Below, piece by piece: positions 47,351 to 56,245 of a stretch of 64,000 nt of DNA. Position 1 is the first letter of the stretch. Each line of letters starts with the position of its first letter. Origin of the DNA: an uncultured bacterium (GTDB taxonomy: Bacteria; Patescibacteriota; Patescibacteriia; Magasanikbacterales; UBA922); contig CALMAY010000037.1 in the NCBI GenBank assembly GCA_937861125.1, positions 260,941 to 324,940 of the forward strand, written 5' to 3'. The notes beneath the pieces were generated by a model, which was given only the letters and a program-made list of their open reading frames with translations, did not search any database and was not told the origin of the DNA. The position numbers and the translations under genes are program-made.

Positions 47351-48754
47351 CTACTTTTTCATCTTCGTCATCTTGATCACAATTGGTGTTCCGACAAAGT
47401 TGAAACGTTCGCGAAGTTGGTTTTCGAGGAACTGTACGTATGAGCGATGGAGTGAAGTTTTGGCTTTGATAAAGATTTCAAAAATTGGAGGGTTCTCATT
47501 GAGCTGACGCATACCAAGGATCGCTGGGTGTCGAGTACCTTTACCTTTGGTAGGGAGGCGGTGATGTACGGCGTCGAGGACAAACTTATCAAGTCCACGA
47601 TTGGCTATATGTGTATGACGCGCTGCCCAAATTTGCACCAAGAGATCAAAAATATCATGAATACGGTATCCTGTTTTTCCACTGACAAAGAGGATTGGAG
47701 CAAATTTCAAGTGTGGAAAGTGGCTATAAATCATTTTCTTTACTTCCTGACGTTTGGTATCTGAGTTGTCTTCTGCCAAGTCCCATTTGTTGATGAGGAT
47801 GACGACACTTTTTGATTTGCGCTCAAGCATACCACCAAGCTGTTTGTCTTGGGAACTAATTGGCTGACTACCATCAAGCGTCAGCAAAATAATTTGAGAT
47901 CTATCAATTGCTTTAAGTGTTTTGCCTACACCTTCACGTTCGAGTGTACCTTCGACATGGTTTTTACGTCGCACACCAGCAGTGTCGACAAAGTTGATGA
48001 GATAATCTTTCTTTTCTTCACCGGGAATATCATGGGTATAGGTGAGGAGTGTGTCGTATGACTCACGAGTCGTATGGGGCATGTCACTGACAATCACTTT
48101 GTCTTCGCCAACGAGCTTGTTAAAGAGTGATGATTTGCCGACGTTTGGTTTTCCAATTAGAGCAACAGTAATTGCTTCTTCGGGGAGTGGTTCTTTGAAT
48201 GCTTTGGCTTGTTTTTTGTTGCGATGAAATACAGTATAGAGTTCATCGAGAAAATCACCAATACCGCGGCCGTTGGTGGCAGAGACAGTACGAGGCATAC
48301 CAAACGCGAGTGGTGCCCATTCAGAGAGATCGAGGACACGTTCATCTTTGACGCTGTCTACTTTGTTGACGAGGAGCATGACAGGTTTGTCTTTGTGGCG
48401 TTTTTGGATCAGACGAGCGAGTGCGCGTTCCTGTGGGAGGACACCTTCCGCTGAAGTGACAAAGACAATCACATCTGATTCGTCGATTGCTTTACTCGTT
48501 TGGTCAATAATTTCTTTTTCCAAAAATACTTCGTCATCAAATGTTAAACCGCCGGTATCCAGAGCGATACATTGTTTACCTCGCCAGTTGATATAGCCTT
48601 CATTGCGAGTGCGGGTGGTACCTGCGATAGGGGAGACGATAGCTTTTTGTTCTTCGATGAGACGGTTAAAGAGGGTAGATTTACCTACGTTGACACGCCC
48701 AACGAGACAAACGATGGGGAGGTTGTGGGATTGCTTCACGCCAAGTGTAGGCAT
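47351..48754 (-). CDS. der: ribosome-associated GTPase Der/EngA
   Basis: Two tandem G domains (GRVNVGKSTLFN...DTGG; GKPNVGKSSLFN...DTAG) plus a KH-like C-terminus. Confidence 0.92.
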   Translation of the reverse strand: MPTLGVKQSHNLPIVCLVGRVNVGKSTLFNRLIEEQKAIVSPIAGTTRTRNEGYINWRGKQCIALDTGGLTFDDEVFLEKEIIDQTSKAIDESDVIVFVTSAEGVLPQERALARLIQKRHKDKPVMLLVNKVDSVKDERVLDLSEWAPLAFGMPRTVSATNGRGIGDFLDELYTVFHRNKKQAKAFKEPLPEEAITVALIGKPNVGKSSLFNKLVGEDKVIVSDMPHTTRESYDTLLTYTHDIPGEEKKDYLINFVDTAGVRRKNHVEGTLEREGVGKTLKAIDRSQIILLTLDGSQPISSQDKQLGGMLERKSKSVVILINKWDLAEDNSDTKRQEVKKMIYSHFPHLKFAPILFVSGKTGYRIHDIFDLLVQIWAARHTHIANRGLDKFVLDAVHHRLPTKGKGTRHPAILGMRQLNENPPIFEIFIKAKTSLHRSYVQFLENQLRERFNFVGTPIVIKMTKMKK

Positions 48755-48840
48755 AGAGAATGTTTGTAAGCAGAGTAAGTACTAAGCAGAGTAGGCTATA
48801 TATGTAGAAGAAGATATGACACACTCTATAAATTGGTCTG

Positions 48841-48869
48841 AGTATAGCGGATTTTTGTGGTTTTGTCAA
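48841..48869 (-). promoter_or_regulatory. candidate der promoter
   Basis: Minus strand has TTGACA (48864-48869), a 17-nt spacer, then TATACT (48841-48846). The leader contains a direct repeat TACTCTGCTTA x2. Confidence 0.45.
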
Positions 48870-48969
48870 GGTACTGAGTATTGATGATTGTGTGTTCAAA
48901 TGATCGTGACACACCTGTGCCTGTTTCAGTTTTTGATCATTTGGTCATACAATCATCTGATCATTCACT

Positions 48970-50475
48970 TTATTCACTAAAATCTTCACCCAAAATAACC
49001 AAAATCTCTGTTCCGGTCGCAGTTATTGGTGTGATAGTGTCTGCATCGCGAGGTGGTATCTGCAGGAGGGAGGAGATGCTCTGTACGACATCAAGCGGGG
49101 CAGTAGAGGTGAGTGTGTAGATACCACTTTGTGGTACTGGGCGTGTCTCTGTGTTTCCAATGGTAGCTACATTAATATGTGCATCTTCGAGTCGTTTTTC
49201 TATACGGGCTGCCATGCCAGCTGACCAGGTACCATTTTGTATTTCTACACTTGTGATTGGTTGTGTTGGGGTGGTCTGTGGTGGTGTGTCGTCAATAGTT
49301 GATGTATGTGTAGATGATGTGGAATCAAAGATGGCAGCGACTTGATGTTTGATGTCATCATATGATCCTGTTTTTGGTAATAATAAATATGCACCTCCGT
49401 CGCCAATCGCGTCTTTGAGTGGGCCTTCTGCACTACTATCAAATACAATTTTGTGTAATGTATCTGTTTGGATAGTTTTGGCTTTGCGAATAAAGGTGAG
49501 CATCTCATCAAACGTCATGTTGGTCGTCATGTGGGTATCCAGTGACTGCATGATATTGTTGATACGCACTGGATTAAGAATGGTTTCGTAGGAAAGCACT
49601 TTTTCTTTGAGTGCGAGGATGACTTTTTGTTGACGAGCAGCGCGAGCAAAATCAGAACCTTCGCCGTTGTTGCCATGTCGTGAGCGGGCAAAGGTGAGGG
49701 CTGTATTTCCATCCATTGTCGTGATTCCTTTTGTGAATTGAACCGTTTTGTATTCAATAGTTCCCTCAAGAGGAAACAGTGGATCAACAAATGTTTTGTC
49801 TACCTGTACAGTAATACCGCCTACCTCATCGATAATTTCTGCAAATGCTTTGAAGTCTACACGTACATAATAATGTATTGGTATACCTAGTGTGTCACCG
49901 ATGACTTCACTGGCAAATGCACCACCCCAGCCTTCTTTTTTTTGTTCACCAAAGTGGTTGGCGTGGTTGATTTTTCGCATGCCTTGGTCAGGAATTATTA
50001 CGCCCATATCACGTGGGAGCGAGATCATAGCCACTTCGTTATTCGATGGTTTGATACTGATGACCATGATCGTGTCAGTGAGGTAGGGGCCGTCGTGTCC
50101 TGGACCACCCATACCAAGTAGCAGAACGTTGATACGATCTTCCTTTTCACCTTTTAATGTTTGTTCTTCATAAAAAAAGATGTGACTCAGACGACTGAGA
50201 AAGCCAGTTGGTTGTTTTGGCTCAAGTGTGATGTCGTCGTAGAGGAGTGGATCGTTGTTGGTATAGTTGACCTGTGACTGTATTGCTTTGTAGAGGAAAA
50301 AACAGACACAAAGTAGTGTGCCTGTACTAAAAATAAAAAAAAGAGGCCAACGAGAGGGTGTTTCTTTGGTCTGTATATGTGGAATTGTTTTGGGTATTAA
50401 TTCTGTTTGTACGAGCGGTGTGGTGTGTTCTTCCGGTGGTACGTCGAGAAAATTAATTCGAGATCGTTCGGGCAT
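48970..50475 (-). CDS. LytR-CpsA-Psr (LCP) family cell-envelope transferase with a C-terminal LytR_C-like domain
   Basis: One TM, then INVLLLGMGGPGHDGPYLTDTIMVISI...ISLPRD is the LCP core. Confidence 0.85.
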   Translation of the reverse strand: MPERSRINFLDVPPEEHTTPLVQTELIPKTIPHIQTKETPSRWPLFFIFSTGTLLCVCFFLYKAIQSQVNYTNNDPLLYDDITLEPKQPTGFLSRLSHIFFYEEQTLKGEKEDRINVLLLGMGGPGHDGPYLTDTIMVISIKPSNNEVAMISLPRDMGVIIPDQGMRKINHANHFGEQKKEGWGGAFASEVIGDTLGIPIHYYVRVDFKAFAEIIDEVGGITVQVDKTFVDPLFPLEGTIEYKTVQFTKGITTMDGNTALTFARSRHGNNGEGSDFARAARQQKVILALKEKVLSYETILNPVRINNIMQSLDTHMTTNMTFDEMLTFIRKAKTIQTDTLHKIVFDSSAEGPLKDAIGDGGAYLLLPKTGSYDDIKHQVAAIFDSTSSTHTSTIDDTPPQTTPTQPITSVEIQNGTWSAGMAARIEKRLEDAHINVATIGNTETRPVPQSGIYTLTSTAPLDVVQSISSLLQIPPRDADTITPITATGTEILVILGEDFSE

Positions 50476-50482
50476 ATGTTGT

Positions 50483-50515
50483 GAAAAGAAAAAAGAAAAA
50501 GATACAAGGACACAA
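50483..50515 (+). repeat. purine-run/GAYACAAGGAYACAA repeat, copy A
   Basis: GAAAAGAAAAAAGAAAAAGATACAAGGACACAA, immediately 3' of the four-helix-bundle gene. Confidence 0.7.
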
Positions 50516-50519
50516 TTTG

Positions 50520-50876
50520 CTACATGTTTGTATGGTTTTCTCTTGTCTTTGTTATGATGGCGGAGAGGATGTATGTTATTTCTCTACTCTCTTGGAGTAG
50601 ATCGTTCATCCTAGGTGCGAGGGTTGGGTTTGCTTCGGCTATCAACTCAATCCAGTGTGTGGTTTCTTTGCTTTCTTTTCGTGATATTTTGAGACGAAAG
50701 AGAAAATCTTTTGTACCCGTAGCATCATTTGCCTCGCGATAGTTGGCACCCACGGATGTGCCTGAACGAAGACATTGTCCGCTGAGTATCTTGTTTGTTT
50801 GGTTATTAGGCAGTGCTTGGATTAGACGTACGATGCGCTTTCCAAATTCAGATGTTCTTTGTTCTAGGTCGTACAT
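50520..50876 (-). CDS. four-helix-bundle protein of the 23S rRNA intervening-sequence (S23p) family
   Basis: SVGANYREANDATGTKDFLFRLKISRKESKETTHWIELI is the family signature. ATG at 50876 chosen; the longer ORF's N-terminus is encoded by repeat copy B. Confidence 0.85.
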   Translation of the reverse strand: MYDLEQRTSEFGKRIVRLIQALPNNQTNKILSGQCLRSGTSVGANYREANDATGTKDFLFRLKISRKESKETTHWIELIAEANPTLAPRMNDLLQESREITYILSAIITKTRENHTNM

Positions 50877-50880
50877 AGGT

Positions 50881-50910
50881 GGAAAAGAAAAAGGACGCAA
50901 AATACAATAC
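50881..50910 (+). repeat. degenerate repeat copy B
   Basis: GGAAAAGAAAAAGGACGCAAAATACAATAC, directly upstream of the four-helix-bundle gene start. Confidence 0.45.
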
Positions 50911-51000
50911 ACCTAAGTTTGTTTTTATATCTATTATTGCGCATATTGTACCATATTACCTGTGGGCAAAACAAGGTTGTGCGGTGTACTGTGTATTAGA

Positions 51001-51034
51001 TTTGTATCCTTGTGTTTTTTCTTTTCTCTTTTCC
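51001..51034 (-). repeat. repeat copy C, inverted relative to copy A
   Basis: TTTGTATCCTTGTGTTTTTTCTTTTCTCTTTTCC. Its reverse complement is GGAAAAGAGAAAAGAAAAAACACAAGGATACAAA. Confidence 0.7.
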
Positions 51035-51086
51035 ACCTCCCTGTGTATATCTCAATGGCATATATATACTTGCTTTATTCAAAATG

Positions 51087-51095
51087 TGCTATACT
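51087..51095 (+). promoter_or_regulatory. extended -10 element TGCTATACT upstream of the T4SS-like cluster
   Basis: TGnTATACT about 100 nt upstream of the GTG at 51193. The D/E palindrome would lie in the leader. Confidence 0.3.
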
Positions 51096-51101
51096 GTATA
51101 T

Positions 51102-51186
51102 GAAAAGAAAAAATCAAAAGGACACAAGATACAACGTAGTATCTATGTGCGTTTGTATCCTTGTATCTTTTTCTTTTTAATTTTCC
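51102..51186. repeat. repeat copies D and E forming an ~85-nt imperfect palindrome
   Basis: GAAAAGAAAAAATCAAAAGGACACAAGATACAA (51102-51134) faces TTTGTATCCTTGTATCTTTTTCTTTTTAATTTTCC (51152-51186). Confidence 0.7.
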
Positions 51187-51192
51187 AAACTT

Positions 51193-51696
51193 GTGCCAAA
51201 AAAAACAAACGATGTTGCAAGTATAGGAACTATACAGCATCAATGGAATGTTACTGAGTACGAACATCACGATCGTGCTCCTTTTTGGTACATTTTTATG
51301 ATGAGTATTGGGATTTTGCTGGTTGGATTTGGATTGTTTACGGGTAATTTTCTGTTTTCACTTATTATTATTTTGTTTGCGATTATTTTATTTTTGCAAT
51401 CACAACAACACCCCATCGAAGTCCCGTTTATGATTACTGATCTGGGCATAGTTATTTCTGATCGATTTTATGCATTTAGTGAGTTGAGAGAATTTTATAT
51501 TATCTATCAACCTCCAGAGGTAAAAACACTGTATGTCGAGACACATGGTGTTTGGCATCCACGTTTGCGTATCCCACTCTATGATCAAAATCCAGTAGAG
51601 GTGCGTCATACATTGCAAAATTTTTTGATAGAAAATATAGAAAAAGAAGACGAGCCTCTTTCGGATCGTCTTTCGAGAAATTGGGGTATTCATTGA
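51193..51696 (+). CDS. hypothetical 2-TM protein, first gene of the T4SS-like cluster
   Basis: GTG start. Two adjacent TM helices (FWYIFMMSIGILLVGFGLF, FLFSLIIILFAIILFL), then a ~90-aa soluble domain. The next gene starts 11 nt downstream. Confidence 0.55.
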   Translation: MPKKTNDVASIGTIQHQWNVTEYEHHDRAPFWYIFMMSIGILLVGFGLFTGNFLFSLIIILFAIILFLQSQQHPIEVPFMITDLGIVISDRFYAFSELREFYIIYQPPEVKTLYVETHGVWHPRLRIPLYDQNPVEVRHTLQNFLIENIEKEDEPLSDRLSRNWGIH

Positions 51697-51706
51697 GTTT
51701 GAGTAT

Positions 51707-54700
51707 ATGTTGACACGTGTAGCACAATATATACGACGGTGTCTCCCAGCGACCATATCCAAAAAACATATCGCTGTGTTTTTGATTTTGTTTGTGTCAT
51801 TAAGTATAGCGTTATTTGCTGTTGACGTGAGATTGGTGCATGCCCAAACAATGCTTGATTCTGTAGCCAGCGGTATACTCAATGTTTTGACCAAGGTAGC
51901 TCTCTTTTTTGCTCGCCTGTGCATGGCGATGGCGATTTTCTTTTTGCGGTTTTTCATTCAGCTGGGTGCATATAATGGATTTTTGGATGCACCGATTGTG
52001 CGGTTGGGTTGGGTGATGTTGCGAGATATTGCCAACATGTTTTTTGTGGTAGCACTGCTTGTGATTGCTTTTGCGACGATTCTTGGTCGTGAGAGTTATG
52101 AGTGGAAAAAGGCAATGGTCAAGCTTGTACTTGTGGCGATTGTCGTTAATTTTAGTCTTTTGATTTGTGGGGTGGTGCTTGACGCTGCACATGTGTTTAC
52201 TGTGACGTTTATCAATGCGATTGCGCCAGTAGCTGCGGGCAATCTAATCACCATGTTCAATTTTGATAGTATGCAAAGTATTGTCACCAATACTGGTGGT
52301 GGTCAGGCTGGTGATTTTGATTTAGCATTATTTGGTGGGGCTGCTATGGCGTTGTTTTTTTCTGCATTGGCCGCACTCACTATTGGTGCGTATTGTGTTA
52401 TTTTATTGTATCGAATGGTGGCAATTTGGTCACTACTTATTTTCTCGCCACTGGCTTTTGTCTTGTCAGTGCTTCCTGCGACAGAAAATTATTTCGAAGA
52501 ATGGAAAAGTGAGTTTACAAAAAACGTACTCTCAGCTCCGATCGCCGTATTTTTTCTTTGGTTGGCATTTGCAACAATGGGGGCCAATAGTGCTGTAGAA
52601 CATTTGAATCAATATAGTAGTGGATTTGAAATGCAAGATGTTTCTAGTCAGGCAAATGGAGCCGGTGATTCGGTAGCAGGTGGTATTGGAGCTGAGCAGA
52701 CTGGTACAAATAGTGTCTCTATCAATGCTGCATCTACATGGGCAGCAATGGCTGGTTTTTTGGTGGCCATGGCGTTTTTGCTCAAAGGGATTGAACAAGT
52801 GCAGAGTCTTGGGGTACACGGGTCAGGATGGCTGGATAGCGCTCAGAGTTTTGCTAAAAACGTAGCGACGATTGGGTCTGGTGTGGCGCTTGGCGGATGG
52901 TTGTTGGGTAAGGGGAGAGATATGACGGCTAATACTGCCAAGAATATTGGTTTGTCTGTAGGTACGCAGACGGGTGTGATACAGGGTTGGAAGCGGGTAT
53001 TTACTGGTAAAGGGTTTTTTGCTGGAGCTGGGCAGGCCGCTGAGGGTCGTTTACATTTGTTAGAGCAAGAAAAAGAGAAGAAAGAAGCCATGAATCGTGC
53101 GTTGGGTGTGCAGGGTAAAGGTGGATTGTTTGGAACTGGTTTTGCGTTTACTGAAGGGGCACATAAGTCTCTTGCGGAACAAACAGTGTTGGCTGAAAAT
53201 GAAGAACATGCCGCACATGGAAAAGAGGAGGAGACAAAGATTGAGACAGAGCGAGAAATGCGTGAAGGTAAATATGGAGAGAAAATAAAAGGCCAAATGA
53301 ACCATGCCATAGAGCATGATATTGTGATAAAACAAAAACAAGATGCACTGGAAGGTATGAAGACAAATCTAAAACAGACACAAACAAAAAAAATGCGTGA
53401 CAAAGAAGATGTGGAGAAGGTAGACGCATATGCACGGGCAATCATTGATGGATCAGCTACTGGTGTAAGTGAAGAGCAAAGAGAGGTATTGAAAGCTGCA
53501 TTGCAGGCGAGAAGCGAGTCTTCAAAAGAGATAGAGAAGGCCAAAAAAGCACTTGAAAAAGCGAAAAGAAGTGGTGATGCTGAGGCTGTGCATAAAGCAG
53601 AGCATGATTTAGAACATGCGATAGAGCATGATGAAGAACATGGCGGTTCGTATGCAAAAGCGCAGGCTGATGTAGAGGAAGCGTTAGAAAAAGCACAAAA
53701 AGAAATGGATTATGTAACTCGGCGTGAAAACGATGAGATGGTTGCACGTCCTTTTGTTATGAGTGACGCTGCGGTTCAAAAGCTTAAGGCAAAAGAAAGT
53801 GCTGGTGATGAAAAAGATGCACTCGAGGGTCTTGAGGGAAGCTATGATGTGGCGTATTCTTTGACAGAACAGAAAGAAATACAAAAAGCTTTTGCAGAAG
53901 TAGAACAGGTTTTAGCAAAAAAGGCATTAGAAACAGTAAAAGATGAAATACTCCCTCAAAAAATTAAGGAAGCACAAGATGACGTAGCGGCTGCAAATAA
54001 ATTACTAGTTGATCTTGATACAAAGATATCAGAAGCAAATCGAAATGATGATAAAGAGGAAGCAAGACGGCTTGCAACACAGAGAGTATCTCTCCAAAAA
54101 AATGTGGATGATAAAGTGGCGGTTGTTGATGGTTTAAAATTAGCACTTTTGGGTACGGATGCGACAAGAAGAAAAGAAAAAGAAGAGGAATTCCAACAAA
54201 TAATTAAAATTGGGTCTGCGGATGGTGCAACTGATGAACAGAAAAAGAAAGCAGAACATGCTAGTGGCTCCCTGCAGTCTTTGTATGCTGCTGATCAAAT
54301 GGCGTTAGATAGTATCACTCCACAGGAACGTGCACTTGCATATAAAAAAGCGGGTATTCATAAAAAATTCGTCAAATACGGTGGTGAGGTGTATGCACGT
54401 GAGCAACAAAAGCAGGTTGCTAAAGCAAAAAGTCTCCAAGAGATTATAGCTGCCACTGCATCTGACGCAGTACGTGGTGTTGAAAGTAAGCCAATGGATG
54501 AGCTTGATGAAAAATTGACAGAAAAAGCAAACAAAGTTACTGCTACAGGTTCTCGATATAAGGATTCTTTTGATTTGCATGTCAAAGCGATGAGTGATCG
54601 TTTTAGAGAAATTCGTAGACTCAGAGAGAAAGAAGCGAAGGAGAAATTGAGTGATGTTGAGGCAGATGCATTAAAAAATGCTACCCAAGATATAGCAGCA

Positions 54701-56233
54701 CTTTTTGCGGGGGGTATGTCTGAGTTTAAAGGAGCATTTGGTGCTGTGTTACAGTTGGTAGATGGTCTGGGTGCTGATGGGGTTTCCTTGGACGATACAG
54801 AAACTTTTTCGAAAACATTTTTGGCAGCTTCTACAGGTGCAAATATTACTGACGTGTTAAAAAAGACAGATGAAGAGCTTGTTGAAATGATGGAAGAGAT
54901 TCGAGAGACAAAGTTTAAAGACAAAAAAGAAGAAATTATGGTTGCATTGCGTAATGCTGCCAATAGAACTGGGCTTGGACACTATAATAATCAATTTGCA
55001 TATGGATATGATGAATTTGGCCATCGAAAGATCGGTCTGTTGACGTTGGCAGGGAGAGGTCTTGATATCCAAGAACCTGGAGGAAAAGGACAGCGTCGGT
55101 TTACTACGGGAACCACACAGGATGGTGTTACTGCTCAAGAAGATTTGGCAATTAGTAACGTGTATGGATCTCAAACACTTCAAAAAATACCGGATGTTCG
55201 TTCTATTTTTGCAACTGGTAAAAATTTTGGTATTTCAACACCACAAGGCAAACGTATGGAAGCATATGCTCGTCAGCTTGCATTGATTGCTTCGGGGCAG
55301 GTGGATATTGGAATGTGGCGTCGTCTTGGTGGTGGCTCTGGGGATAATGGGGCATATCTAGGTGATGGAAAATGGGAGATACGTGAGGCTGGATATGTGG
55401 AATATTTTGCTGAGATGGTAAAAGGATGGAATGATATTTTGCATGATCCAAATAAAACAAAGCAAGAGCATCAAGATGTTGAAAAAAGAATTAGAAATAT
55501 GTTGTCTGCAAATGGTGTAACAGAACTTTTGGATGGAACGAGTATTACTACTGCATCAGCAGAACAGATGGCAGATTTTATCAAGGGATTAACTTTTGAT
55601 GTACGTGGTACAGATAAAAGTGCTGTTGCTGGTTTGCAACAAAAGTTTAGGGATATTAATTTTAAGGCAGTTAATTCAAAAAATACAAATAGTACCGAAT
55701 CTCAAGGATCTGCCTTAACTCAACCAGAGACTGCGACCGCGCCTACCGTGCTTACGGGAGGGGCGAGTAGAACACAACCAACTCAACCTGTTGTAGCCTC
55801 TAGTGCTGTTTCCAATTCAGTTTCTCAGTCTGGTGGAACTCAACAATTTAGTACACCGCAGACATTGCCACAGTTTTTGGCTGCAGCGTCAAATACACCT
55901 GTTGATTTGTTTGCCTCTGGTGCGCAGATACGTGCTTTTAATACCTTTAAAGAAATGAGAAAACAGTTGGAAGATATTGCTGACTTATTAAAAACGTCAA
56001 CACTCCAAAATGACGACATGCAGATTGCTTTGGATGGTTTGCAAGAATTAGGTATTTCTCGTCAAAAGACGGAAAGTATGAATCAAAGTCAGTTAAATGA
56101 ATTGGTGCAAGGTATAATTGGTCGTGTCGACGGGGATGTTACGTCTGCGATATCACCAAAACCGCGTCGTGCAAGAGATCAGTCACAACCAGCTGATAAT
56201 GATGATGAAGACGGAGATGAAGAAGAATCTTGA
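51707..56233 (+). CDS. TrbL/VirB6-like polytopic membrane protein with a ~1100-aa coiled-coil and globular extension
   Basis: The N-terminal ~400 aa have at least 6 TM helices and the segment WVMLRDIANMFFVVALLVIAFATILG...LVLVAIVVNFSLLICGVVLDAAHVF, typical of VirB6/TrbL-type proteins. A long E/K-rich region follows. The tail is acidic (DNDDEDGDEEES). Confidence 0.65.
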   Translation: MLTRVAQYIRRCLPATISKKHIAVFLILFVSLSIALFAVDVRLVHAQTMLDSVASGILNVLTKVALFFARLCMAMAIFFLRFFIQLGAYNGFLDAPIVRLGWVMLRDIANMFFVVALLVIAFATILGRESYEWKKAMVKLVLVAIVVNFSLLICGVVLDAAHVFTVTFINAIAPVAAGNLITMFNFDSMQSIVTNTGGGQAGDFDLALFGGAAMALFFSALAALTIGAYCVILLYRMVAIWSLLIFSPLAFVLSVLPATENYFEEWKSEFTKNVLSAPIAVFFLWLAFATMGANSAVEHLNQYSSGFEMQDVSSQANGAGDSVAGGIGAEQTGTNSVSINAASTWAAMAGFLVAMAFLLKGIEQVQSLGVHGSGWLDSAQSFAKNVATIGSGVALGGWLLGKGRDMTANTAKNIGLSVGTQTGVIQGWKRVFTGKGFFAGAGQAAEGRLHLLEQEKEKKEAMNRALGVQGKGGLFGTGFAFTEGAHKSLAEQTVLAENEEHAAHGKEEETKIETEREMREGKYGEKIKGQMNHAIEHDIVIKQKQDALEGMKTNLKQTQTKKMRDKEDVEKVDAYARAIIDGSATGVSEEQREVLKAALQARSESSKEIEKAKKALEKAKRSGDAEAVHKAEHDLEHAIEHDEEHGGSYAKAQADVEEALEKAQKEMDYVTRRENDEMVARPFVMSDAAVQKLKAKESAGDEKDALEGLEGSYDVAYSLTEQKEIQKAFAEVEQVLAKKALETVKDEILPQKIKEAQDDVAAANKLLVDLDTKISEANRNDDKEEARRLATQRVSLQKNVDDKVAVVDGLKLALLGTDATRRKEKEEEFQQIIKIGSADGATDEQKKKAEHASGSLQSLYAADQMALDSITPQERALAYKKAGIHKKFVKYGGEVYAREQQKQVAKAKSLQEIIAATASDAVRGVESKPMDELDEKLTEKANKVTATGSRYKDSFDLHVKAMSDRFREIRRLREKEAKEKLSDVEADALKNATQDIAALFAGGMSEFKGAFGAVLQLVDGLGADGVSLDDTETFSKTFLAASTGANITDVLKKTDEELVEMMEEIRETKFKDKKEEIMVALRNAANRTGLGHYNNQFAYGYDEFGHRKIGLLTLAGRGLDIQEPGGKGQRRFTTGTTQDGVTAQEDLAISNVYGSQTLQKIPDVRSIFATGKNFGISTPQGKRMEAYARQLALIASGQVDIGMWRRLGGGSGDNGAYLGDGKWEIREAGYVEYFAEMVKGWNDILHDPNKTKQEHQDVEKRIRNMLSANGVTELLDGTSITTASAEQMADFIKGLTFDVRGTDKSAVAGLQQKFRDINFKAVNSKNTNSTESQGSALTQPETATAPTVLTGGASRTQPTQPVVASSAVSNSVSQSGGTQQFSTPQTLPQFLAAASNTPVDLFASGAQIRAFNTFKEMRKQLEDIADLLKTSTLQNDDMQIALDGLQELGISRQKTESMNQSQLNELVQGIIGRVDGDVTSAISPKPRRARDQSQPADNDDEDGDEEES

Positions 56234-56245
56234 TGGTAATTAATA

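Noticed and set aside
50483-51186. Clustered short repeats that might have been a small CRISPR array.
   Set aside because: The copies are in mixed orientation, irregularly spaced (365, 90, 67 and 17 nt) and degenerate, and they flank or overlap a gene. There are no cas genes.
52843-54963. Long antisense ORFs (52843-53544 -, 54358-54963 -, and several ~90-aa ones) opposite the VirB6-like gene.
   Set aside because: They lie opposite the GAA/AAA/GCA-rich coiled-coil region, whose reverse complement (TTC/TTT/TGC) is naturally free of stops. The translations are S/F/C-rich nonsense.
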